This document shows, piece by piece, positions 12,601 to 24,285 of a stretch of 64,000 nucleotides of DNA. Position numbers and translations under genes: made by a program. The stretch is from the NCBI GenBank assembly GCA_964106645.2, contig OZ078259.1; one strand, written 5' to 3'. The DNA comes from Podarcis pityusensis. Its lineage: Eukaryota. The stretch's first letter is position 1. Each line of letters opens with the position of its first letter. Under the pieces are notes generated by a model. It was not told the DNA's origin. It saw only the letters and a list, made by a program, of their open reading frames with translations, and did no database searches.

Positions 12601-13009
12601 CATCAAAGTTGGTGGCCATCTCCACATCTTGTTATTCCCAGAGCATACTTCATGCCACATTGGTGTGGGATATTTCTTAGTGTTATAGCAGCATTAATTG
12701 GTTCTTTTATACTCACAATCACTGCTGAATATAGTACAGGCTGAAGAGACCTGTACTAAAATATTACAGCTGTCTGATTTAATAAGATAATTGCTGTCTT
12801 TCTTCATAAATATTGTGCTTTATTACTCATTGCTAGCATGGCACATGAGGAATATATAATTTATATCAATTATATATGCTAGGTGCTCATGGAATGTGAT
12901 ATTAAGGAGATGTATTTTGCAGAGCTGCCCTGGACTGAATGATGTAGTCCCACACCAAGGAGTTGTTTTGGTATAAAACATCCATTGAGAGTGGACCCCA
13001 GTGTAGTAT

Positions 13010-13172
13010 TGCATGCCACCCCAGGCTATGAGCAGTACCAGAAGCCAGGGCTTTCAGGTGCTTAACGAGGGGTTGTGTTTCCTCAGAATGAGGGAGAGCG
13101 GAGACTGTGATGTCTTTATGATATATGGTTTATTGACACATTTATACAACCTGAACCTACAATGGAAGGACT
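13010..13172 (-). mobile_element. LTR-like repeat fragment
   Basis: gggttgtgtttcct...ggagactgtg...gatatatggtttatt...atacaacctga shared with 60779-61054; AATAAA on the minus strand. Confidence 0.5.
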
Positions 13173-13530
13173 CCTAGAGATGGTAGGCTTTGAACCTGGA
13201 ACCTTTCACATGAAAATATTTGGTTTACTGAGCCAGGGCCCTCCCAGTGGTAAGGACTCTAGCTCAGAGGCACAGCATCTAAATGTGGGCACAGAACTTA
13301 CAGTAAATAATTTAAAGACATAGAAAGGGCACAGGATAGAAGCTGCTATTGTGACAAGGCAGTTTAGTAAGCCTGCAATTTACATACATTTAACTTCTGC
13401 GCATTCAGCTTTACACAGGTGGCAAAATAAGTAAGTAAGTAAGTAAGTAAATGGACAGAAAAGGGTGGGCATCTGGGAAAAAAGGAATTTGGCAATCCCA
13501 CCCATCATTACATCCAAAGTGTTTTGGCTA

Positions 13531-13756
13531 CAGTGGTACCTCTGGTTAAGTACTTAATTCGTTCTGGAGGTCTCTTCTTAACCTGAAACTGTTCTTAACC
13601 TGAAGCACCACTTTAGCTAATGGGGTCTCCCGCTGCTGCTGCACCGCTGCTGCACAATTTCTGTTCTCATCCTGAAGCAAAGTTCTTAACCCGAGGTAAT
13701 ATTTCTGGGTTAGCGGAGTCTGTAACCTGAAGCGTATGTAACCCGAGGTACCACTG
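13531..13756 (-). mobile_element. Tc1/mariner-type MITE (CAGTGGTACCTC family)
   Basis: TIR cagtggtacctc / gaggtaccactg, TA TSD. Confidence 0.9.
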
Positions 13757-13879
13757 TATATGCAATTTTGGCTTCAGGCAAGATCCCCAGATTATAACCC
13801 CCACGTAAATTGTGGGTTTACTGTATTCTGGACTTTTGCCTCCCAGACACCATGACTTAGATTAGCCCTGCCTAGAATC

Positions 13880-14412
13880 AAAATGATCAAGTGGTTGGAG
13901 CAACTCCCCTAGGATGAAAGATTACAGGTTTGGGTGGGTGAGAGGCATTGATTTTGGGGGAAAAATATGTAAGGGTGAGGGCATGATAGAAGGCGTATAA
14001 AATTATTTATGGTGCATTTCTCTTCCTTTCTCATATTTCTTGAACTTGGGGTCATCCAATGAAGATGTGTGTGGGGGGGGGGAATTCAGTTCATACAAAA
14101 GAAGATACTTCTTATTGCAGAGTATAGTTAAACTATGGAATGTGGTTCCCGAGGAGGCAGGGATGGCCACCAAGCTGGAGGGCTTTAAAAGTGGATTAAA
14201 CAAGTGCATGGAGGAGAAGGTTATTAGTGGGCACTAACCATGGTGGCTGTGCTTTTCCTACACCATCAGAGGCAGCATGCCTCTGAATATCAGTTGCTGG
14301 AGATCACAACTGCTCAGGCCCTGCTTGCGTGCTTCTCATAGGCATCCCGTTGGTCTTGTGAGAACAGGATGCTGGACCTTTTGTCTGATCCAACAAGGGC
14401 TGTTCCAATGTT
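13880..14412 (+). mobile_element. CR1 LINE 3' end
   Basis: Encodes KRRYFLLQSIVKLWNVVPEEAGMATKLEGFKSGLNKCME (CR1 ORF2 C-terminus), then 3' UTR. Confidence 0.8.
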
Positions 14413-14919
14413 AAGGCACCACCACCACACAATGGAGTTTGGGCAGAGCAGATATGTTTCCCTTTCATTTTAATCTCTCCTGCAAATGGACTTGCCACAA
14501 AAAGTGATTTAAAACAATTACTGAATTCAACAATAGCACTGTTTTAATACCCTCCAACATATTTAATTAAAAGTCTAAATTTTAATTATGTGTATGTATG
14601 AGAAATATGATGTGTGGCAAGTATATTTATGGAACCAAGGCGAGGGGGGTGATCCCTCCACATCTATAATGGAATAATAGCACATCAACTGGTGTGGAAA
14701 CCAAAACCTGCCAACGGGTACAAACGGCATTTCTGAATGTATTCTACCTGCGTCGTGACTAGGAATGTATGAGAATTCTGACAAAAATGGAAATGTGGGA
14801 GCAGGCATTTGTGATTGTGATTGTTTACTTATGTGCCACTTTTCAGTCAGAAGAGATCCACAAAGCAACTCACACAAAATAACACATATTTGCAAAATTC
14901 AAATACAATGCAATTGATA

Positions 14920-15047
14920 NNNNNNNNNNNNNNNNNNNNNNNNNNNNNNNNNNNNNNNNNNNNNNNNNNNNNNNNNNNNNNNNNNNNNNNNNNNNNNNNN
15001 NNNNNNNNNNNNNNNNNNNNNNNNNNNNNNNNNNNNNNNNNNNNNNN
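14920..15047. other. Assembly gap (128 N)
   Basis: Run of N. Confidence 1.
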
Positions 15048-15599
15048 TTGCCAAAAAAGCAAGGGGCAGCACTCACAAAAAATGTCAGGGAAAACAAGAG
15101 TAAGCGCCTGAAGACTGCTAACGTAAAGTGGTAAAGTTCACTGCAGTTTTCTGTTGCCTCTTAAAGCTGCATGTCTAGACCTTGCCTCAGCCACCTGCCA
15201 GCATCCTGAAGGAAAAGGCTTGGAGCACCATACTCCGAGTGAAGACATGAGGGATGCTGCGCCAGTCCACAGGCAGACTGAAGAGCCCCATCTCAGGGAT
15301 GTATCACTTGCCCCACCCTACCAATGATCCTATTGCAAGCCTGCCTTGTTCATCAGTCCTTCATCATTGTACCTTGAACCTCTGGCAGCACAGTAGATGG
15401 GAAAGCAAAAGACACAGAAGCACAGCTCTACAGCAGGTTTGTACTCTGGATGAAGGGTCTACTTGGAAGGAAAAATCTACTCAGGAGGAAGGAGAAGGCC
15501 CAACTGCAAGCCTTCCTATAGGAATTGAGTTAGCAGAGGGCATGGTAAAGGCAGTGACTATTCAAGCCCTACAGTCTCCTCCAGAACATGGGAAGCTGC

Positions 15600-15860
15600 T
15601 TTAGAAGGCTATTGGGCCAGCTGGCTCAGAACTGTCTAAATTGACTGGCAATGACTCTAGGGTTTCAGACAGGACATTCCTGGTCTTACCCGGAGATTGA
15701 AACTAAGCCCTTCTGCATGCAGGGTAGACACAGTGGGTCTCTCCAAGGTTTCAGATGGCGATCTATCTGAGCCCTACAAGGGTTGGAGATGCCAGTGATT
15801 GAACCTGGAACCTGCAGCATGCAAAGTAGATGCTCTTCCATTGAGTTATGGCCCTTTCTT
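15600..15860 (-). mobile_element. tRNA-derived SINE fragments (family of 17106)
   Basis: gattgaacctggaacctgcagcatgcaaagtagatgctcttccattgagttatggccc is a reversed tRNA head; a second partial head lies near 15700. Confidence 0.6.
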
Positions 15861-17105
15861 TAGACCTTTGCTTGATTAACAGCTCCCTTCAGAGCTCATT
15901 AATGCTCCAGCACATTGTCGACTCTGCTTCCAGACACCATGCCTAGTGCTGGTCTTGGGCAACGCCTCACATAATGTGCACTATTCTTCTCCTGAGATGT
16001 GCAAGGGAGATGCTGCCTTTTGTGCTAGAACCACTTTTAACTCTGTGAAGTTCAAGCTGGTCAGGAGAGAATATAGCAAATTGAACTTTTCAACTCCATC
16101 TCTCCTTGCCTTGATGGCAGCCAGGCAGCCTGACAGGTGGGGGACGCAAGTTCAGCGTGAGTGAGTAATAATGGAAAATGTAGTTTTGCAACTTTTCTCT
16201 GTCAATAACAAAGCTCATCTTTCTGGGCCAGCAAGACGTTGCATGCAGCACACATTTCAAATTCAGTTAATCTCAGAATAATTCAAAAATCAAAGAGCTT
16301 ATTCAACCATCAAGATAGACCAGATTGACTTGCTGTGTATTCATAGGAGGGAAGAAGGAAAGAGAAAAGAATCCAATATTGGAATCAGTAAAAGCAGCAG
16401 TGGTTTTTTTCTATTCATTTTAAATTGTTTTTAGACCACACAAGCTCACTGTGAATACTAAAAAAGATACAAAAAGAATGCTTTACGACTGCATTGTTTG
16501 CATTATTCAAGCAGCAATAAAATACATTTTATGTGGGAAGATGCAATAAGTGCTTTACTTTCTCTGATTCTTCCCATCTCTGTTTGTGTGTGTGTTTTAG
16601 TTTCATTTAAATGTTGTGTGTATATAACAAAGTTCCTTGTAAACAAAGGGCCATGATTGAAATCCTATTGAAAGGACTAGAAATAGCATTTGCACTTGTT
16701 AAAGTGCTTTTGAATTCTTATTTCATTTATCTTGATTACTGCCGTCTGAATGATGTCATCATTACTTTTGCCTGATAAGTCCATAATTCACAGCCGCTCT
16801 CCGTGTTACAGTTTCCCTTTATGAGGATGCACCTGCAATGCCATGGTGAAAGCTGAAGCCTAACACAAACTGTTTGCACAATCAGTTATTCCAGGTTAAC
16901 TATTCACTTTAATGTCTGGTGTTTTCATAGGTTCGAATAGGAAGCTGAAGACAGAGAAAGGAAATTTCAGGTGAGGACATACTTGAAGTTAGCAAAGCTT
17001 TAAAGCATATCTCAGCTTGACAGTAGGTTTAACAATAACAACAACTTCAGCACAATAAAAATATTAGCTAGAGGTTTGCTGAAAAAAATACGTATTAAAT
17101 CTGAT

Positions 17106-17299
17106 GGGGAAGCGTCATAGATCAGTCGCAGAGCATCTGCTTTGCCTGAAGAAGGTCCCTGCTTCAATATCAGGCAATACCAGGGAGGACTGGGATAGAC
17201 CCCAGTCTGAAACCCCAGAGAGCCACTGCCAGTCAGTGTAGGCAAAACTTAGCTAGATGGACCAATGGTCTGACTTGGCAGAAGACGGTTTCCTATGTC
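17106..17299 (+). mobile_element. tRNA-derived SINE with tagatggaccaatggtctgac tail
   Basis: Head atagatcagtcgcagagcatctgctttgc; body gagccactgccagtcagtgtag. Confidence 0.7.
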
Positions 17300-17384
17300 A
17301 ATACATATCAAAAATAAGAGAAGGAAGGAAGGAAGGGTTTAACTAATTCTGAGGACATCTGTGCTCATTTCATCTCTTCTAATA

Positions 17385-17553
17385 ACTGTATTTTTCAGTG
17401 TATAACACGCCTGCGTGTATAAGATACCCCCTATTTTGGGGAACTCAAAATTAAGAAAAAGGGGGGAGATTGCCGCCCTGTATGAGACATTTTTTAACAT
17501 TATTTTTTAGTAAAAAACAACAACCCTAGTCTTATACACGGAAAAGTATGGTA
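17385..17553. mobile_element. Tc1/mariner-pogo-type MITE
   Basis: TIR actgtatttttcagtgtataa / ttatacacggaaaagtatggta; same family as 2-264. Confidence 0.8.
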
Positions 17554-17599
17554 ACTTCATTTTGATGAGCCATCAAGCATTCAGTAATGACTGGTGTCA

Positions 17600-18973
17600 C
17601 TTAAAGAACAGCTTGTAAACCCAATGAAAGATATAATGAATGAAATATTAACAAAAGGAGAAATCCCAGAAACTTGGAAGGAAGCTTATATTACTTTGAT
17701 TCCAAAACAAGATACAGATCTGACCTTGATCAGAAATAATGGACCTATTTCATTATTGAATAATGATTATAAGATATTTGCTAATATTTTAGCTAATAGA
17801 TTGAAAAGGGTCTTAAATATTTATGTACATCCAGATCAAGCAGGATTCCTTCCAGGTAGACAAATGAAAGATAATATAAGAAATATTTTAAATGTAATAG
17901 AATACTTCGAAGTAAGAAATGAGAAAAAAGCAGCAATTAGGGTTTATAGATGCGGAAAAAGCATTTGACAATATATCTTGGGATTTTATGAAGAAAGTGA
18001 TGGAAGAAATGGAAGATGGAGTAAGGTTTATAAAAGGGATAAAAGATGTATATACAGAACAGAATGCAAAATTAATTATCAATCAGGTGATAACGAATCA
18101 ATTTAAAATAGAAAAAGGAACGAGACAAGGATGTCCGCTATCACCTTTATTATTCATCTTGGTCCTGGAGGTTTTGAATAGAAAGAGATTGGGAAAAGAT
18201 GTGGAAGGTGAATTTAAAATTTACAGATTGTATCTTATTGAAAGAGAATTATATGAAAATGATGTATAGATTGTATATTACACCAGAGAAAGTGGCTAAA
18301 ATGTATAAAAGGGGATCAAAAACTTGTTGGAAATGTAAAGGAAAAGATGGCACATTTTATCATATGTGATGGGAATGCAAATAGGTTAGAAATTATTGGG
18401 AAATGATATACAGTATAATGAACTGGAAAAAAAAAGTTTAAAAAGACTTTTGTTAAAAAACCAGAAGTATTCCTCCTAGGAATTTTAGATCAAGATATAA
18501 AAAAGGAAAATTGGAAATTATTTATGTGCGCAACAACAGTGGCAGGAATTATATTAGCACAAGCTTAGAAGACAGAAGAAATACCAATGAAAGAACAATG
18601 GCACGGGAAACTTATGGAATATGCAGAACTGGCAAAACTAACAGATAAACTACATGAAAAGGACAACAAAGACTTTAAAAGAGAATGGGAAGCATTTACA
18701 ATATATATGAAGAGACAACATAAAGAACTGGACCCATTGGCGGGATTTGAGTAAACAATCACAATTGTATATAATAATAATAATAATAATAATAATAGAT
18801 TATATGTTTTGGAAAATTTTGGGGAAGCAGGGTGAACAATATGAAAATAAAACAAAATGGGAGTATGAGGGAAGTCCAGGGGAGGGGGTAGGAAAATATG
18901 GAAAACTGTTAGAGAAATATTGTTAGAGGATGTATATATGGAAAAACCAATAAAAAATATTTTAAAAATAAAA
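17600..18973 (+). mobile_element. 5'-truncated L1-clade LINE with decayed ORF2 (RT and C-terminal Cys-rich region) and an internal deletion
   Basis: PISLLNNDYKIF, DQAGFLPGR, DAEKAFD, GTRQGCPLSPLLF, CWKCK motifs; A-rich tail; 15-bp TSD taatgactggtgtca (17585-17599, 18974-18988). Confidence 0.92.
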
Positions 18974-20329
18974 TAATGACTGGTGTCAGTGCCTTACATT
19001 CTCCCATTATGCTTAAAGGAGGTGTCAACTATCATGTGCTCCACTAGCCTATGTATACTTATCAGAAGTAAACTCTACTGCACATAGGAGCTTCCAAGCG
19101 CCATTCACAATCATCCTATTCACATAGGTTATCCTAGCACCGGACTTCCGGAATCAAGATAAATCTTTTTGGGGTATATGGAAGGCTTTACTGCAGGAGT
19201 TACCTGTATGTTGCCTTCCAGATGTTGTACTACATCCCTGCCCACTGGCCATGTTGGCTGTGGTTGATGGGCGTTGTAGTCCAACAGGATCTGGAGGGGA
19301 CCACAATGTCTAGCTCTGCTTTATTGCATGGAAGCAAATGGCTAGCAGTCTTAATATTATTGTTCCACACCCAATGTTCTGAGCAGTAAGAAGTTTTTGT
19401 AGGAAATTGCAGTCAAACATAACTACAAATGAGTGCTAGTTAGTGCATGAAGGGGGTTAAGACCAGAGAACTGTGTTCCTAGACTCAGTTAGGTTACACC
19501 TCTTCACCTTTGGTGAGGGAGGAAGTGAAGCCTTTTCTCTTTCTTTTCTTCACTCCCTCTTCAGGCCATGTAATCAACTAGTTCCAAGCTCACACTGCAT
19601 GTTTGAAACCATCTTTCTGTATTTTGTACCTAATAGTATTTTACCTGTGTTCCCCTTGCTGCTGCATGGAACAATGCACAAATCAGACCTTTGAATTTTG
19701 TAAGCAAAGTTACTTAAGAGTGTGGTCTCTTCATTGCCAGAGGGGTAGAAAGAGATTCAATTGCTGTGGCAGATTAAACATGATATGAAAAGGGGTCTAA
19801 CAGCCTACCTTCCCATGCTGTATTGCTGCTTAACTCTGTGACTGTTTTAAACTTTGCTGGGGGCTTCTTCCAATCCTGCCCTCCAGGTTGTTTGCAATTT
19901 CACAGACACCAAATCAGCACAGTCTTCAGAGGAGCAAGGAAGAAGGGATCCCCTATTCAGATAGTTGCTAGTCATTAAGGCCTACCAGCCTACCAATTTA
20001 CCTCTCAATGGGTATGCCAAGGTGAGGAAATGTGCCCAGCTGTGCATCTGAAGTCTTCTGGTGGGATTACTGACTCCCCTGCCCCTCTTCTGCATAGTCA
20101 GAACAGACAAAGGCTGTTTGAAATGTGCTTTTATTCTAGCAGAGTTTGTGGCAGGAAGAATCTATGAAGAAAAATGGAAGTGAAACTAAAAGTGGAGTCG
20201 CTAAAAATTAAATATACTTTGTTTCCATGGGAAATGGTTTTGCATGAGTTTGTGCTTGTTAAAGGAATATGTTTTTTTTTGGGGGGGGGGTCCTGACCCT
20301 TCCCACGGTTGGAATGTATTAGTATTTAT

Positions 20330-20745
20330 TTATTGTGTTTTATTAACTTTCTTGGTCACTTTTTTGCCATTGCAATGCAAAGCAACATACAATATTTTAA
20401 GCGAACAAACATAAAATAAAACCAGCAATAAAATAAATCAAAAATACAATTCTATTTTTTTAAAAAAACTGGATAAAAACACTCCATCCATGCAAAAAAT
20501 GCAACAAACAATTAAAAGCCAAAGGCCTGATGATAAACAAATGATTTTGCTTGGCACCTCCAAAGATAAGTAATGATGGCACCAGTCAAGCCTCCCTGAG
20601 GAGAACATTCTCCCTGAGGAGAACATTCAGGAAGCCACCACTGAAAAGGCCCATTTATGTGTTGCCACCTTAAGGACCTCAACACTTGGAGGGGGCACAA
20701 GAGGAAGGGTCTCTGATGACAATGACAAGCCAGGTTGGAAATGTA
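20330..20745 (-). mobile_element. L2 LINE 3' fragment
   Basis: Minus strand gggccttttcagtggtggcttcctgaatg...tggtgccatc...tggaggtgccaagcaaaa, L2-type 3' end. Confidence 0.6.
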
Positions 20746-21569
20746 GCCCCTAGCAGATTTCCACTGGGATAATTTGCCTTCCACTTCAAAAAATGTTTCT
20801 CATATCCCATACAAGTATATGCTATGATCCTCCTCCTCTTTGCTCTAGTAATTGAACCCTTGGGACATAAACAAGACTAACGAAAATTGGTTGCTGGATG
20901 GTATCAAGCCGAAAGGATCACTCACTGAGATTCTTCCAAATGCCAGAGTACAATACATTAATGATGCCAAAACAAAAAAGCTTCTGCCACAAATGCAATT
21001 GCCTGATCTTTAAGGTGTCACAAGGCTCCATTGTTTCTGTAGCAACAGAGTAAGTTGGCTACCCTTTGGGAATTTCTGAAAACCAAAAACTTAAATATAT
21101 CCATCATCAAATAGAAACAGCAGAGAAACTACAACTGAGGGTGCATTTTCTTTTATAAACTAATGCAGAAAGTGCATGTGCTACTTAATGTGGAATTTAA
21201 CCTTCCTTTGAGTACTCCTCATGCAATTTTTTGAGTATAATACTCAGAGGAACATTTTAAACTACTGCAGGAAGTTAAAATGCTTCAGGAACACAGTCAA
21301 TGCAAAAAAGGCGGATGCTTTCATTAAAGACACTTGAGTTTCCTGAATTACATTCCACAATACTCCTCTTTAAATACCCATGTACGTAGTTCTATACAGT
21401 GGGGTGGTGGGGAAGAAGATAGAAGAGCAGACTTTTTATCTTGATTGAAACCTTGGAAACACACCTTGGTTACAAACAGAAGCATCATTGCACACCAGAC
21501 AATTGTTCCATTTTCCATGCAATTCTGACTGTGATCCTTGACCTTGTCCCATTATAAATGAATTGGAGA

Positions 21570-21945
21570 AGTTTTCACTCTCTCTCATAATACTTGAACT
21601 TGAAGCCATTCAATGAAGCTGAATATTGTTGGAATATTCAGGATGGGCAAAAGAAATCCCTCCTCACACAGAGCATAGTTAAAACTATGAAACTTTCTCC
21701 CACGAGATGTAGTGGATGGCCAGAAAATTGGATGTCTTTAAAACAGGATTATTCATATTCATAGAGGGTAAGACTATGAATGGCTACTAACCCTGGTGGA
21801 TACATTCTACTGGTGGAAGCAGTAATGTTTCTGAATGCCAGTTGCTGTGAAATGCAAGTTGGGAGAGTGCTCCTGCACTCAGGTTCTGCTTGCAGGGTTC
21901 CCATGAGGGCTTGTTTGGCCACTGTGAGAACTAGATTGGCTCCCT
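21570..21945 (+). mobile_element. CR1 LINE 3' fragment
   Basis: ccattcaatgaagctgaat...cacacagagcatagttaaaactatg...ggccactgtgagaac. Confidence 0.75.
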
Positions 21946-22053
21946 CAGATTTTGATCCACCATACTCTTATTCGGTTCTTTTTACTGTGCATTCATGATG
22001 ATTAGTGCTCATAATACTGTGCTCATGTTCTTATTAATTACTTACTTGGCCAT

Positions 22054-22594
22054 GTTGTTATTGTTTAGTTGTTTAGTCGTGTCTGACTCTTCATGACCCC
22101 ATGCACCATAGCACGCCAGGCACTCCTGTCTTCCACTGCCTCCCGCAGTTTGGTCAGACTCATGTTGGTAGCTTCGAAAACACTGTCCAACCACCTCATC
22201 CTCTGTTGTTCCCTTCTCCTTGTGCCCTCAATCTTTCCCAGCATCAGGGTCTTTTCCAGGGAGTCTTCTCTTCTCATGATGTGGCCAAAGTATTGGAGCC
22301 TCAGCTTCAGGATCTGTCCTTCCAGTGAGCACTCAGGGCTGATTTCCTTCAGAATGGATAGTCTCCTCCAGCACCAGAATTCAAAAGCATCAGTTCTTCA
22401 GCAATCAGCCTTCTTTATGGTCCAGCTCTCACTTCCATACATCACTACTGGGAAAACCATAGCTTTAACTATTCGGGCCTTTGTCGGCAAGGTGATGTCT
22501 CCGCTTTTTAAGATGCTGCCTAGGTTTGTCATTGCTTTTCTCCCAAGAAACAGGTGTCTTTTAATTCCGTGACTGCTGTCACCATCTGCAGCGA
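22054..22594 (-). mobile_element. RTE-BovB LINE, 5'-truncated
   Basis: Encodes MRREDSLEKTLMLGKIEGTRRR...RWLDSV; BovB tail; 11-bp TSD tacttggccat (22043-22053, 22595-22605). Confidence 0.95.
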
Positions 22595-22880
22595 TACTTG
22601 GCCATATCTAAACCTTATTTATGCAGTTTAGAAAAACTGTAAATCCAGCTCACTGATTTTACAGAAGTACGTAAGAGCTCCTTCATGCACTCACCCAATA
22701 CATGCATCAGGATTCTGCTGGCTAGCTATGTCCTTCTCACCAAAGTGTCCCCCAGTCATGCCTTCCATTACCAGCTGTGCATTCAGCTGCAGTGAGAATG
22801 GGCCCTGCACACATATAACTGATAGCAGAGGGTGGGGCTAGATGGCATGATTGAGTGACCCATTCAGGAATTGGGCAATA

Positions 22881-23076
22881 CAGTGGTACCTCGGGTTACA
22901 GATGCTTCAGGTTACGGACTCCGCTAACCCAGAAATAGTACCTCGGGTTAAGAACTTTGCTTTAGGATGAGAACAAAAATCGCGCGGCAGCGGTGCGGGG
23001 CAGCAGGAGGCCCCATTAGCTAAAGTGGTACCTCAGGATAAGAACAGTTTCAGGTTCTTAACCCGAGGTACCACTG
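22881..23076 (+). mobile_element. Tc1/mariner-type MITE (CAGTGGTACCTC family)
   Basis: TIR cagtggtacctcgggtta / taacccgaggtaccactg, TA TSD. Confidence 0.9.
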
Positions 23077-23388
23077 TATGTTGTTGGTTTTTATGTGTGT
23101 GTGTGTTTGTACCACTTTGTCTAGTGAACACTTCATGCATTGGATAAGTGGGTTGTGTGTATTTGTGGCAGAGTTATTCAACCTTAGATCTCCAGATATC
23201 ACATCCCTAACCAGCTTACCCAATGGTCAGGGACAATGGAAGTTGTAGCCTAATTACCTCTGGAGACTAAAGATTGAAGAATATTGATCAACAGAAAGGT
23301 TGCAATCCTCCTCAACAAGAGAAGGGACTATAGATTAGTGGTAGCACAACTGATTTGCAAGCAAAAAGTCCCTGATTTGCTCCCTGGT

Positions 23389-23390
<2 letters not shown>

Positions 23391-23420
<30 letters not shown>
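23391..23420. repeat. (GT)n microsatellite
   Basis: Read directly. Confidence 0.95.
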
Positions 23421-23424
<4 letters not shown>

Positions 23425-23994
23425 CTTCTGCATGAGACAATGGAGGCTGCTTCATTAGGGCAAGCTCATTCTCCCTTCAGCCAGCCCCTACCTGCCTGCC
23501 TCCCTTCTTTAAACCAGTCCAGAGGGTGGCACTGCCTGCCAGCTTTCTCTAAATTTATTTAATGTTACATAAAAAGCTGAACAAATGTAATTGCATTGCA
23601 TTGCATTGTATTGAAGTTGCTGGGAAATCATGTCTGTATTTTTCCATGGGGCATGAGATGGAGACCTGCTGTAAATTTCCATTGCAGAAGTGAGGTGATC
23701 TAACTCTTTGCAACCCAGTTGTATGCATTCATAAGACTTGGAGTGGGTTACAAGATGTTTGAATATGGTAACGAAGTAGGATCCTCTGTCTTAGACCACA
23801 TTGCCTTTATTCTCAATTGCTGAAAATAAGGGACATTATTTCTCACTGGAAAAACAGCCTGAAGCAGATAGGCTGGAAATGGGGGAGAGAGGGAGCTTTG
23901 ATTTTATCTCAAAAGCTGGATTTCAGCAGTTACATATGTCTTTAAGCCTTATACTGGGAGCAGCACACATATATCTAAGACAACATATTGTTTT

Positions 23995-24285
23995 TGTAGC
24001 TGGCAACATCAACCCCATCCTTGCAAATGACCACAGTGGCCGGAGACAGACAGTTAGGTTGTGTATCCATAGCAGTGACCAGAAGAGGAATGACTGCTGG
24101 GAGGAGTGCAGGCAGAAGAAATGCCATGGTGCATCTGCAGCAGCACAACCGGACACCTTCATCTGCTCCAGCTGCAACAAAACCTGTCTCTTCCATATCA
24201 ATCTCTACAGCCACAGCTGGCACTGCAACATTCCAACTGTTTGACTTCACCCCCAAAGGCACACTCTTTCATTGTCTCTTGAGGC
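23995..24285 (+). mobile_element. RTE LINE 3' fragment
   Basis: Encodes the FICSSCNKTCLFHINLYSHSWHC zinc-finger-like end; homologous to 700-1300. Confidence 0.75.

Noticed and set aside
14821-15111. ORFs spanning the N run
   Set aside because: Artefacts of the assembly gap.
22093-22572. 159-aa plus-strand ORF
   Set aside because: Antisense shadow of the BovB RT fragment.
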